From: Octopus sinensis
Lineage: Eukaryota
DNA length: 64,000 nt
Direction of reading: 5' to 3'
Assembly: GCF_006345805.1 (NCBI RefSeq)
Contig: NC_043003.1
Location: forward strand, 61,876,001-61,940,000
Below the pieces are notes generated by a model, which was not told where the DNA came from, made no database searches, and worked only from the letters and a program-made list of their open reading frames with translations. A program made the translations under genes and the position numbers. Positions within the stretch are counted from its first letter, which is position 1. Every line of letters begins with the position of its first letter. Below, in pieces: positions 1 to 11,026 of the stretch.

Positions 1-115
1 ACTGGTATTACAGCTACAATTTCCATTGATGTTGATCGATTTCGATTTTGATTTTCACTTGCCTCAACAGGTCTTCACAAGTAGGGTTTGAGTCACAAAA
101 AGGAAAGGTATGCAT
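1..115 (-). mobile_element. 3' UTR fragment of the RTE-type LINE family
   Basis: The reverse complement reads ...ttgtgaagacctgttgaggcaagtgaaaatcaaaatcgaaatc. This matches 3100-3155 (ttgcaaagacctgttttgaggcaactgaaattcaaaatcaaaatc) in the RTE copy at 1062-3613. Confidence 0.65.
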
Positions 116-120
116 AAGTA

Positions 121-977
121 CGAGGTCTGATCATTAAGTTGTCCGAACTGTTGCCATAATAATGAAGCTAAAGCATTCAAAGTGAAGCCACTTGACAAAG
201 ACTGACCTTGAATTCTGCTGTGTATGTGCACTAAGTTTTAACATTCTACCTCACTTCCAATGTTTACAACAGTGCTTGGAAGGAAGGTGTGTAATGTGTG
301 ATCATCGCATTGACCATGACAGAGAAAGTTGTCATGGTGATACCTGCTCAGAGGCCTATGCAAAGTTGCAGAAAGTGTATAGTGAGGGATGTATGAGCCA
401 CAAACAAGTGTATGAGGGGTTTACACATTTCCAAGATGGCCAAAAAAATGTCGATATTAACAACCGTTCTGGGTGACCTGCAACCAGCAGAACTCAGAAA
501 AACATCAGAGATGTGCATGCAGCAGTGAGGGGAAATCGAATCCCCATCCCTTAGTTATCAGAGGATGTGCTGATTAGTTACAGTTCAGTTCAGTCCATTA
601 TCAATGACAATTTGCATATGTGACGCACATATACCAAGTTTGTGTCAAAATTGTTTTCAGCTGACCAAAACAGCACTTGGGTTTCAGTCGCACAAGATCT
701 CCTTGATTGTGTTGAGAACGATGAAAACTTCTCCAAAACTTTGCATAGGCCTCTGATGCAGATTCTCTGCTCGAACTTCTTTTGTCATAGTCAATGCGAT
801 GTTTACACATTATACACCTTCCTTCCAAGCACTGTTGTAAACAGCAGAAGTGAGCTAGAATGTTAAACTTAGTGCACATGCTCAAAAGAGTTTAAAGTCA
901 ATCTGTGCCAAGTGGCTTTACTCAGCATGTTTTAGCATCATTTTACTATGGCAATAGTCCGGGTACTTATTGATCAT
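121..977 (+). mobile_element. Mariner-derived non-autonomous element with ~210-bp terminal inverted repeats
   Basis: Left end gtctgatcattaagttgtccgaactgttgccataataatgaagct is inverted at 925-977, with TA on the left flank. The interior encodes a degenerate mariner N-terminal HTH region (EAYAKLQKVY...VYEGFTHFQDG...RSG). Same family as 16417-17301. Confidence 0.85.
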
Positions 978-992
978 ATATATATATATATT

Positions 993-1067
<75 letters not shown>
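977..1067. repeat. (TA)n-(GA)n compound microsatellite
   Basis: Read directly; it separates the mariner element from the RTE 5' truncation point. Confidence 0.95.
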
Positions 1068-1069
<2 letters not shown>

Positions 1070-3613
1070 AGAAAGGAAGGTAGGAGACAGGTTTATTTAG
1101 CCAGAGGGGAAGCAGATAAGAAAAAATTTGCCAATGTTCTGTGCCGTGAGGATCAAAGACTTGAGGTATTTCGTGTTGCAAGACAGTGTGTGAGAGAGAA
1201 TTGTGATGTATGAAAGAAATGTGTCCGCATGGATGATGGTTCTCTTGCACTAAACGAAGTTGCAAAGAGAGAGGTTTGGAGACGCCACTATAAAAGGTTG
1301 CTCTATAGAGAGAATGAATGGGAGAAAGAGAGTCTGCCGAATGTCAACCCAACAGAGGGACCAGCTATCTGAGTTGACAGTACCTTGGTGGATAAAGTAA
1401 TTAAGAGTGTGAAGACTGGGAAAGTCCCCAGCCTATCAGGAATCACTGCAGAGATGTTCAAAATATCTGGCAGTGTCGGCTATAGCGTACTCACCTGTAT
1501 AATTAACCAGGTGACACACGAAGGAGTAATACCCAATGACTGGTGTAGCAGCATAATAGCCAACTGCTACAAAGGTAAAGGTAATGTTTTATATACAAAT
1601 AATTACAGAGATATCAAGTTGTTGGATCAGGTAAAGAAGGTCATAGCCCAACTAATTAGGGAGAGAGTCAGTTTAGATGAGATGCAGTTTGGGTTCGTGC
1701 CAGTGAAAAGTACCACTGATGCTATATTTCTGGTAAGACAGCTGCAGAAGAAATACCAAGCCAAAGATAAACCTCTGTACCTGGATTTCGTTGTCATGGA
1801 GAAAGCCTTTGACAGGGTCCCCCAATCTCTTATCTGGTGGTCAATGAGGAAACTAGGGATAGATTAATGCTTAGTGAGAGCTGTGCAAGCCATGTTAAGG
1901 GATGCTATCAGTAAGGTGAGGGTTGGCAACGAGTACACTGAAGAATTCAGGGTAGAGGTAGGGGTCCACCAAGGTTCAGATCTCAGCTCCCTCCTATTTA
2001 TCATAGTCCTCCAGGCAATAACGGAGGAATTCAAGATGGGATGCCTCTGGGAGCTCTTCTATGCTGATGACCTTGCTCTAATTGCTGAGTCACTATCAGA
2101 ACTCGAGGAGAAGTTTCAAGTGTGGAAACAAGGATTAGAGTCAACCTAGCTAATACCAAAGTCCTAATAAGTAGGAAGGCAAGCAAATCACAAATCCCTT
2201 CAGGTAGTTGGCCCTGCTTGATCTGTAGAAAAAGGGTAGGTAGAAACTCTATAAGATGTACCCACTGTAAGCTATGGACACATAAGAGGTGCAGCAATAT
2301 CAAAGGAAGGCTAACTGGGAAGATAATTTTTGTATGTGGCAGATGCTCAGGAGCAATAAACACTGAAAGTGTGCAGAGAACAAGTTCTGCCACATTCCAG
2401 GGAGGAAAACTAGAAGCAGTTGATAGCTTCCATTACCTAGGTGATCAAGTCAGTAGCAGGGGAGGGTGTGCTGAAAGTGTAGCTGCTAGAATAAGAATAG
2501 CCTGGGCAAAGTTCAGAGAGCTCTTACCTCTGCTGGTGACAAAGGGCCTCTCACTCAGAGTAAAAGGTTGACTGTATGACGCATGTGTACTAACAGCCAT
2601 GCTACATGGCCGTAAAATATGGGCCGTGACTGCTGAGGACATGCGTAAGCTTGCAAGGAATGAAGCCAGTATACTCCGATGGATGTGTAATGTCAGTGTG
2701 CATACTCCACAGAGTGTAAGTACCTTGAGAGAAAAGTTGGACCTAGGAAGCATCAGATGTGGTATGCAAGAGAGACAACTGTGCTGGTATGGCCATGTGG
2801 CAAGAATGGATGTGGATAGCTGTGTGAAAAAGTGCCATATCCTAGTGGTTGAGAGAATCTGTGGAAGAGGTAGACCCAAGAAGACCTGGGATGAGGTGGT
2901 TAAGGATGACCTTTGAACATTGGCAATGAGTAGTGGCAATAACTAGTGACCGAGTTAAGGATTAGTGACCGGGAACTTTGGAAATAAGCTGTGCTTGAGA
3001 AGACTCGGCAAGCCAAATGAGATCATAACCTCGTGGCCTATGCCTGGGGTGTAACCAGCCCACTATGCATAACTTTCCTTCATTGTACAGTAAACTCTGC
3101 TTGCAAAGACCTGTTTTGAGGCAACTGAAATTCAAAATCAAAATCAAAATCAAATTTGATGATTGGCACCTGTGCTAGTGGAGTGCTAAGAGCACCATCC
3201 GAGCATGATCATTGCCAGAGCAACAAACTGGCTTCCATGCCGGTGGCATGTAAAAAGCACCATTCAAGCGTGATCGTTACCTGTCACCTAATTGGTACCT
3301 GTGCTGGTGGCACATGAAAAAAATTCAAGCGAGGTCATTGCCAGTGCCACTGGACTGGATCCTGTGCAGATGGCACATAAAAAGCACCATTTAAGTGTGG
3401 CCATTGCTAGTACCACCTGAATGGCACTCGTGCCAGTCATACATAAATGCACCCACTACACTCACGGAGTGGTTAGTGCTAGGAAGGGCATCCAGCTGTA
3501 GAAACTTTGCAGAATCAGATTGGAGCCTGGTGCAGCTATCTGGTTCTCAAGTCCTCAGTCAAATCATCCAACCCATGCTAGCATGGAAAGCGGATGTTAA
3601 ACGATGATGATGA
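1062..3613 (+). mobile_element. 5'-truncated RTE-clade LINE with disrupted reverse transcriptase ORF, 3' UTR tandem array and (GAT)n tail
   Basis: ORF fragments 1385-1867, 1874-2149, 2122-2571 and 2599-2916 carry RT motifs (QFGFVP, KAFDRVP, GVHQGS, LFYADDL, FHYLGD) and align colinearly with the ORF at 53767-55743. The copy has stops and frameshifts, and ends gcatggaaagcggatgttaaacgatgatgatga. Confidence 0.95.
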
Positions 3614-3633
3614 TATATATATATATACATTTA

Positions 3634-4040
3634 TATACTCTTTTACTTGTTTCAGTCATTTGCCTGCAGCCATGCTGGAGCACCGCCTTTTAGTCAAGCA
3701 AATCGACCCCAGCACTTATTCTTTGTAAGTCTAGTACTTATTCTATCGGTCTCTTTTACCGAACTGCTAAGTAACAGGGACGTAAACATACCAGCACTGG
3801 CTGTCAAGCGACGTTGGGGGGACAAACACAGACACACAAATACACACATATACATACATATATATATATATTATATATATATATATATATATACGACAGG
3901 CTTCTTTCAGTTTCGGTCTACCAAATCCACTCACAAGGCTTTGGTAGAAGACACTTGCCCAAGTTACCACACAGTGGGACTGAATCCGGAACCATGTGGC
4001 TGGTAAGCAAGCTACTTACCACACAGCCACTCCTGCGCCT
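3634..4040 (-). mobile_element. tRNA-derived SINE, family B (full length, internal microsatellite)
   Basis: The minus strand starts ggcgcaggagtggctgtgtggtaagtagcttgcttacc (A-box-like) with ggttccggattcagtccc (B-box-like), and ends gactgaaacaagtaaaagag. Homologous copies at 15125-15514 and 61060-61470. Confidence 0.9.
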
Positions 4041-4062
4041 ATATATATGCATATATATATAC

Positions 4063-4119
<57 letters not shown>

Positions 4120-4133
4120 TATATATATATATA

Positions 4134-4466
4134 GTGAGAATTTACAAAAAAACAAAAGATGAAGATGGGTGTGTAAACAACAAACAGATGTATCAGTTTA
4201 ATGTTCGGGATGTGAGAAAGACTTATACGTTTTGAGCCTGCACTCTTTGACAGAAAGGAACACAGAAATAAACAGGGAGAGAAAATAGAAAATAGAAAAT
4301 ATATGTATGTGCATTTTCTCTCCCTGTTTTTTTTTTGTGTTCCTTTCTGTCGAAGAACGCAGGCTCAAAACATAAAAGTTTTTCTCACTTCTGAAACATT
4401 AAACTAATTCATCTGTTTGTTGTTTACACACCCATCTTCGTCTTTTGTTTTTTTGTAAATTCTTAC
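4134..4466. repeat. ~330-bp palindrome of two inverted Penelope-type terminal repeat units
   Basis: 4134-4285 (agtgagaatttacaaaaaaacaaaagatgaagatgggtgtgtaaacaac...) is the reverse complement of 4312-4466 (...gttgtttacacacccatcttcgtcttttgttttttgtaaattcttact). Each arm holds a decayed hammerhead-like motif. Confidence 0.85.
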
Positions 4467-4589
4467 TATGTGTATGTGTGTGTATATATATACTGATCAG
4501 ACCATGTATATAAATATATATATATATATATATATGTACATAGATAGATATACATATATATACATATATATACATATATATATATATGT

Positions 4590-4787
4590 ATACATGAACT
4601 GATCAATAAGTACATGGAGTATTGCCATAGTAATGAAGCTAAAACATGCAGAGTAAACCTGCTTGACACACATTGACCTTAAACTCTTTTGTGTATGCAC
4701 ACTAAGTTTAACATTCTAGCTCCCTTCTGCTGTTTACAACAGTGCTTGGAAGGATGGTGTATAACATGTAGAAGTCGCATTGACCAT
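4590..4787 (+). mobile_element. Solo long TIR of the mariner family at 121-977
   Basis: gatcaataagtacatggagtattgccatagtaatgaagct...gtcgcattgacca matches the 121-320 arm and breaks off into (TA)n. Confidence 0.8.
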
Positions 4788-5077
4788 ATATATATATATA
4801 TATATATAATTATGTGAAATAGAAAGATGAATAATCTTGTAGTAGATTAATCAAAAGTTTAACCGATACCTTAGTAGTAAAAATCACAGCAGTAAACAGC
4901 ACGGTTGGAGGTACAACCATCAGGCGTTGCAACCGTGCGTTGGTGCGGATAATTGAAATTAAAACATTATTCAATCGGATTTTGGTAATTTGTGCCTTTC
5001 GAAACACGTGTAGAATGAAATAAAACGATTTCTGTTCAATCTGCGTTCAGCTCCATTTCTTCAATTCACCAATAATG

Positions 5078-5112
<35 letters not shown>

Positions 5113-5157
5113 AATATATATATATATATATATATAAATATATATATATATAAATGC

Positions 5158-5196
<39 letters not shown>

Positions 5197-5409
5197 CACA
5201 GATACACACACATTTTATAGATATGATACACACAAACATACAGATGTATAAATATGTGAGTGTGTGTGTATGTGTGTGCATATACAGAAAATAACATTTG
5301 AATTTGATACATGTTTTAAGTATTAGAAGTGGAATGGATATGATTACTTTTTTTTTTTTTAGATTCAAAATTTCTGTTGAGGATTACGATAAAGGCTTTT
5401 GTTGTGAAA

Positions 5410-5605
5410 AATACGCAAGTTGATAATGGTGATAACTGTAGAGACAAGGAATGGTTGAGTTGGTGGTAACAATGATGGTGATGATAATGATGATGACAGT
5501 GACAACGACGACGATGACGATGATGGTGTTGATGATGGAGATGACGACAACGACAATGATGATGGTGTTGATGATGATGATGACGGCAACAATGATATCA
5601 GCAAT
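5410..5605. repeat. Degenerate (GAT/GAC/AAC)n trinucleotide repeat
   Basis: Read directly; it explains the poly-S/T/M/I ORFs here. Confidence 0.9.
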
Positions 5606-5866
5606 AAACACCAATGCCAGCACATTAAGCCCTCAACCACTGTGTTACATGTTCACTGCTTTGTGCATGTGTATGTGCATGCGTGTACACATATGTGTGT
5701 GTATGTGTTTGTGTTTTGTTACCGCTGCTATTGCTGCTGCCAACAACAATGATGAGATTGACTCTGATAATGATGATGACAATTCAAAGAATAAAAACTA
5801 CATAAGTATTCTACATCATGCAGCAGTTTAAGTATTTCAGTAAACTGATGCAAAGTTTTTTTTCAG

Positions 5867-5939
5867 GCGCCTTGAAGCATTTACTTGTGACATAAGAGAG
5901 AAATTTACCAACAAACTTTATAAAAGATGTACTGATTAA
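5867..5939 (+). CDS. Candidate terminal coding exon of an unidentified + strand gene (RLEAFTCDIREKFTNKLYKRCTD*)
   Basis: Strong acceptor gttttttttcag, phase-2 frame open for 23 codons to TAA, followed by AT-rich UTR-like sequence with AATAAA near 6260 and 6355. No homolog recognised. Confidence 0.3.
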
Positions 5940-6719
5940 TTCCAAAAGTATTTTGAGAAACTAAGGGTATTTCAGTTGGATATTGATTTTGTTGTATGTC
6001 TTCATTATTCTGGGTTTATCGAGTTGAAAGCATGTTTGATAGTTTGAAGCAACAGAGATGTGAATAATTTCAAGGACGGAACATAAAAGTGTATGTTAGA
6101 TATAAAAAGCAAGTAATATATAAAGTAATGTAGGGAAAAAAATGTTCTTTATATATTAAAGAATGCAAGTGTTCAATTTGAAGCATTTTAAGAATTAATA
6201 ATTTAAAGGAAATATTTTCTAATCGCTATAATTAGTAAAAAGCAATGAAAATTCAAAGGAATAAAAGCCTTTCTTTCCAGAATTTTCAGTTATCAAATAT
6301 AGAAACATATTTACACAGAAATCTATTAAAATACTTAACTTGTGCGGATAATTGAATAAAATCAATTTGAAATTTTGAATGAATAATTTCTAGATGGGTT
6401 TAAAAATTTCTGATTGAATTTAAACACTAATTGTCAAATGAAAATACACACACGTATGTATGTATGTATATATCTTCTACCTTTCTTTGTTTCCATTGCT
6501 GGACTGTGGCCATGCTAGGGCACCAATTTGAAGGATTTAGTTGAACAGATCAACCCCTAGTACCTATTTTTTAAGTTTAACATTCATTCTGTTGATTTCT
6601 TTGGCTGAACTACTAAATTATAGGAGTGTACACACATCACACCGATTGTAAATCAGTGAGCTGATGAAACAACACCAGCATGAAGACTTACACACATATA
6701 TTTCCCTGTATCAACCAGA

Positions 6720-7350
6720 CAATGGGATGTCACAATGTGCTTCCTTGCAAATCCATGGTGAAACTCAGAGAAGACAGAAGCTTAACAGAAAGTGAATGAT
6801 TGGTGAAAAACAGTGGTGGGAAAGGCTGTTAATGAGAATGAGGGATTGATGCTTATAGGAAGTGGTTCCAAAGGGAGAGGGAAGAATCTGATTGCACAAA
6901 ATGTGGGGCATGAAATATGTGCTGATTCTGCTTTCAATTATAGCAGCTGAGTTGTACCAATTTTGGAAGAATGATGGAAGGATGAGCGTTAAGAAGATTA
7001 GATGTGGGGATCGTTCCATTGAGCAGATTGAGTACAGGTATAGAGCCCAGCCTGTACACAACTTAATGGGGTCACTATGGGAACAAAGATGGGTCACAGT
7101 TATGCAAACCATTTTATAGGCTGCATTAAGGAGCAAATCTTTGCTCAGTTTATGGGACCTACCCCAGAGTTGTTCAATCATTATACTGATGTTTGTATAG
7201 ATGCTACCATCCTCACCAGACAAGACCAAATCAGATTCATTTCTTTTGTTAACACAATGGGCTACAACATTTATCATTGTGTAACATCTCTGCACCTCAT
7301 AGATTCACACATTGAAGGAATCAGAATATTTCATATTTAATCTCTGAACA
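6720..7350. mobile_element. Rearranged Penelope-like element fossil
   Basis: The + strand 7077-7260 encodes MGTKMGHSYANHFIGCIKEQIF...PELFNHYTDVC, matching the PLE RT motifs GxAMGTKMGPSYANLF and RYIDD. It is joined to a short C-terminal-like piece. 6720-7070 appears to be an inverted piece (weaker evidence). Confidence 0.7.
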
Positions 7351-7780
7351 ATAGCATTATCATGTTTATGTGAAAGTTTTTTTCCTTCTACTCCTTCACC
7401 TTGTAGTTTTGAAATCCCATTCTTTTCCTTCATCTCTCTACTCACCCTTACCTGCTTCTCTTCTTCTCTTCATTTCTCTCTCCTTCTTCTTCCCTCAGCT
7501 AGTTTCTCTCTCCTATTTCCTGTATACATACTCAAGCTTTTATATATAAGTGCTCCACCAGCTTTATGGATACATAGCTTGACATCTGCTTTTGTATGAA
7601 AACAAAGTTATTTCTTTCATTATAATATGTTACATACATTAAAACAAAGTTTTAACATATATATACAAGTATATATATTATAATGTATAATATATAAAGT
7701 ATATTAACACAAAATTTTATGTCTTTATGTCGCAACATTATAATGTCAAGTTTTTACTTTCAACAGTTACAATAATTTTT

Positions 7781-7830
7781 TCAGCTGCTGTTGTTTATAT
7801 CTTGCATTATTTTCATGTTTTCAAAGACAT
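7781..7830 (-). CDS. Candidate last coding exon of an unidentified - strand gene ((D)VFENMKIMQDINNSS*)
   Basis: Very strong acceptor cttgttttttgtttttttttag, only the phase-1 frame runs beyond 5 codons, and AT-rich UTR-like sequence follows. Confidence 0.4.
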
Positions 7831-8154
7831 CTAAAAAAAACAAAAAACAAGAATGCATGAATTTTTATGTTACTGACCAAAAACCTGTGCAAAGAAACAT
7901 TCTAGATTTATTTTATGTCACAGTTACATTTCATTAATTCTTTATGTAGTGTAAGAAATTGGATAAGTTTGAATGCTTGTATAGAGAAAAGACAACTGAA
8001 GTTTAGGGAGTAATACCTTGTGTACGAAAGAAAGAAAATAATGTTTTTTTTCTTTCAGACCACTATTGTGGAGACACCAATGTTTTGAAGAAGCAACACA
8101 AAATATAATTTCAATAAGAACTGGTGTATTGTTCAAGTTGAGTTTGGTAAATTA

Positions 8155-8375
8155 TCATCATCATCATTTAATGTTCGTTGTCCATGCTGGCATGGGTTGG
8201 ATGGTTTGACTAGGCTGGCATGCTGGAAGGCTGCCCCAGGCTCCAGTCTGATTTGGCATGGTTTTCTACAGCTGGATGCCCTTCTTAATGCCAACCACTC
8301 TCAGAGTGTAATGGGTGCTTTTACATGCCACAAGCATGGGTGCCCAACACTTGAAAAGAACTTGGCCACTTTTCC
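8155..8375 (-). mobile_element. RTE-type 3'-end fragment with (GAT)n tail
   Basis: catcatttaatgttcgttgtccatgctggcatgggttggatgg...gctggatgcccttcttaatgccaaccactc, homologous to the 3' end at 3470-3613. Confidence 0.85.
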
Positions 8376-8409
8376 CCCTGTTCTACCTTTATAGATGTCA
8401 TCATCATCA

Positions 8410-8622
8410 TTTCTTTTATTTGCTTCAGTCATTTGACTGTAGCCATGCTGGAGTACCATCTTAAAGAGTTTTAGTCAAAGAAATTGACCCCAGGACTCAT
8501 TCTTTGTAAGTCCAGTACTTATTTTATTGGTCTCTTTTGCTGAACCACTAAGTTACAGGGGCATAAATGTACCAACGTTAGGTGTCACGTAATGGTGGGG
8601 GTGGAGAAACACAGATACATAC

Positions 8623-8666
<44 letters not shown>

Positions 8667-8878
8667 TGGTCTTTCAAAATGTGACCGCGTGTGTACTGTT
8701 GGCGATTTTTTTTTTTTCCTCTGTCTTCTCTTCTCTGGATCTTTCCTTCTCCCATGTTTCCGACGAAGAGCTCCGCTCGAAACGTTAAACCCTCCTTCTT
8801 TCCTGAGCGTCCAATAATACTATATTTGTTCCACGTCCTCGCGTTGTTGTGTTTTTTTGTGCTTTCTTGTTTGGATTA

Positions 8879-8916
<38 letters not shown>

Positions 8917-9480
8917 TATACAATAGGCACCCTTCAACTTCCATCAACCAAATCTACTCACAAGGCTTTGGTCAGCTCAAGGCTATAGAAAAAGATACTT
9001 GCCCAAGGTGCCATACAGTGGGTTTTAACCCAGAACCATGTAGTTGGAAAACAAGCTTCTTACCACACAGTCATGCCTTCTTACTATGCAATTCATTTAT
9101 AAAACTGCTGGGAATTGAACATGCATTTTTTAATTAACATTCAGACACAAGCATGGTTGTGTAGTTAATAAGTTTACTTCCCAAACACATGATTTAGGAT
9201 TTAGTCCCTCAATATGGAACCTTAGGCAAGTGTCTTCTATCATAATACCAGGCTAACCAAAGCCTCAGGAGTGGCTTTGGCGGTGGAAACTGAAAGAAAC
9301 CTGTCAGTATGTATGTGCATGCTTTGGTGTGTATGTGTTTGTGTGTCCTTCTCTTGACAATGTGCAATAGTCGTAAACAAGTGTCACCACCATATAAGCA
9401 GTGTTCTTCATTTCCGAACCTTCCATGAAAACCCATCTGCCTATAAATATTACCTTGCTTGCGAACAGGCAAGGGCTAGT
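8410..9480. mobile_element. Cluster of SINE family B fragments in both orientations
   Basis: Minus-strand pieces at 8410-8620 and 8930-9080, and a plus-strand piece at 9145-9480, all homologous to 3634-4040. Confidence 0.75.
8756..8790 (+). ncRNA. Minimal type I hammerhead-ribozyme-like motif in a Penelope-type terminal repeat (U4-to-C variant)
   Basis: GUUU-CCGACGA-A-GAGC(UCC)GCUC-GAAACGUU-AAAC: stem I GUUU/AAAC, stem II GAGC/GCUC, palindromic ACGU stem III, GUU triplet. Activity untested. Confidence 0.6.
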
Positions 9481-9719
9481 GACAGAAGGGTATCATGTTA
9501 CAGAAAATTTGCTTCAGTGAATTCTGTCTGACCCATGCAACATTGGAAAAGTGAGTGCTAATGTGATGATGATGATGACAATGATGATATATAAGGCTTG
9601 GCAGGGAAGTTTGATGATTTTTCAGTGAATATAATAGTATCAAATTTAGGATATTCACAGCTTTTATTGTCTAAATGTATAGAACTGTGTACCATTGACA
9701 ATGATATAAAAGACACAGA

Positions 9720-10170
9720 AGTCACTGTCCATTTACTTTACACAACTAATATCATCCAAGACTTAACAGTATTTTGCACATATATACTTGTAGTTTATCC
9801 TAAAGTTCTGCATTCTATGTTGCACTGTCTTGAATTATTACAATAAATTCCTGTCAAGTAGCAGCTTTCAGTGTACACAGTTTATTGATGAATACTTTCT
9901 GTTCAAGGTAGCCACAAAGGAAATAATCCCAAAAATATTTCATCAATAATATCTGTGAAAACACTCAATGTATGAGTAGTTGCTCCATTTTGTTGAAGCC
10001 ATACATGTTAATCCCATTTCTGTTCAGTTCTGGTAAAAAGAAGTCGTACAACATGAGAACATGGCAATTATAATTTACTGCTATTACATGCCTGATCTCT
10101 TCAAAAGAATATGAACATTCTGCATTAGTTTGCCACACAGCACCACATTATTACATGTTTACAGGGAAAA
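9720..10170 (-). mobile_element. Degenerate Tc1/mariner-superfamily transposase fragment
   Basis: The minus strand encodes VWLQQNGATTHT (cf. WFQQDGATAHT) and FLCGYLEQKVFINK (cf. FFLWGYLKSKVY). Confidence 0.7.
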
Positions 10171-10226
10171 AGGACATTCGTGATATTATCATGGTTTGCT
10201 GTCTGGATTAGTGGAGATTTGCTTAT

Positions 10227-10454
10227 TTAACCCTTTAGCATTCGGATTAGTCTGTCAAATCTAATGCTTTTTAATTCAAATTGTTTTGAATTACTCATGC
10301 ATTATCTTACAACTTTGAGATTTAGATGATGTTATTGTGTATTTTTAGAATGTCAGTGTAAGTTATGTGTGAAAGGCTTGATATAGCCAGTTTGAATGTA
10401 AGACCTGTAGAATATTTGGGCTGGACTTGGCTGGATTAAATGCCAAAGGGTTAA
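10227..10454. mobile_element. TTAA-flanked piggyBac-like MITE
   Basis: TTAA-CCCTTTAGCATT ... AATGCCAAAGGG-TTAA; homologous copy at 10823-11026. Confidence 0.8.
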
Positions 10455-10822
10455 GCAAATGGAAATGTGCTTCATCATTCTTGAGAAGAACTATTCACAT
10501 CACAAACTTCAAGACAAAATGGGACAACACACTGCAATCAAGACTCTTCTTTTTTCCTGATTTTTCAATATTTTTTTTAATGCATTTAGTTCTAGTTCTT
10601 ATGGATCTAGATCTATTGCTGATGGTTTTACTGTATGAACTTTTTAAAAAATATATACTAGTAACAGATACAGTATGAAATACTGAGAGATAATGTTTAT
10701 CCAAACTTAAACATGGATGTTCTGTTAGAACAAGCTATACTGCAGTAGATACCATGAGAGAAACTCTCAGCTTCTATAGAACTCTGATGAACTTTCTGCT
10801 CGAGTATTCTCTGTCAAAACCT

Positions 10823-11026
10823 TTAACCTTTTAGCATTCAGATTACTCTGTTAAATGTAATGCTTATTTATTTACCTTGTTTTGAATTAATCATGCATTA
10901 TCTAGTAGCTCTGAGATTTCTATGATGGGATTCTTTAATATTAGAATGGCCTTACAGGCTGGTTTGAACATAAGACAGGTAGGATATTTTGGCTGGATAT
11001 CGTCAATTTAAATGCTAAAAAGTTAA
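10823..11026. mobile_element. Second copy of the TTAA-flanked MITE
   Basis: TTAA-CCTTTTAGCATT ... AATGCTAAAAAG-TTAA; the interior aligns with 10227-10454. Confidence 0.8.

Noticed and set aside
5365-5831. Poly-S/T/M/I ORFs resembling mucin or membrane proteins
   Set aside because: Translations of a trinucleotide repeat.
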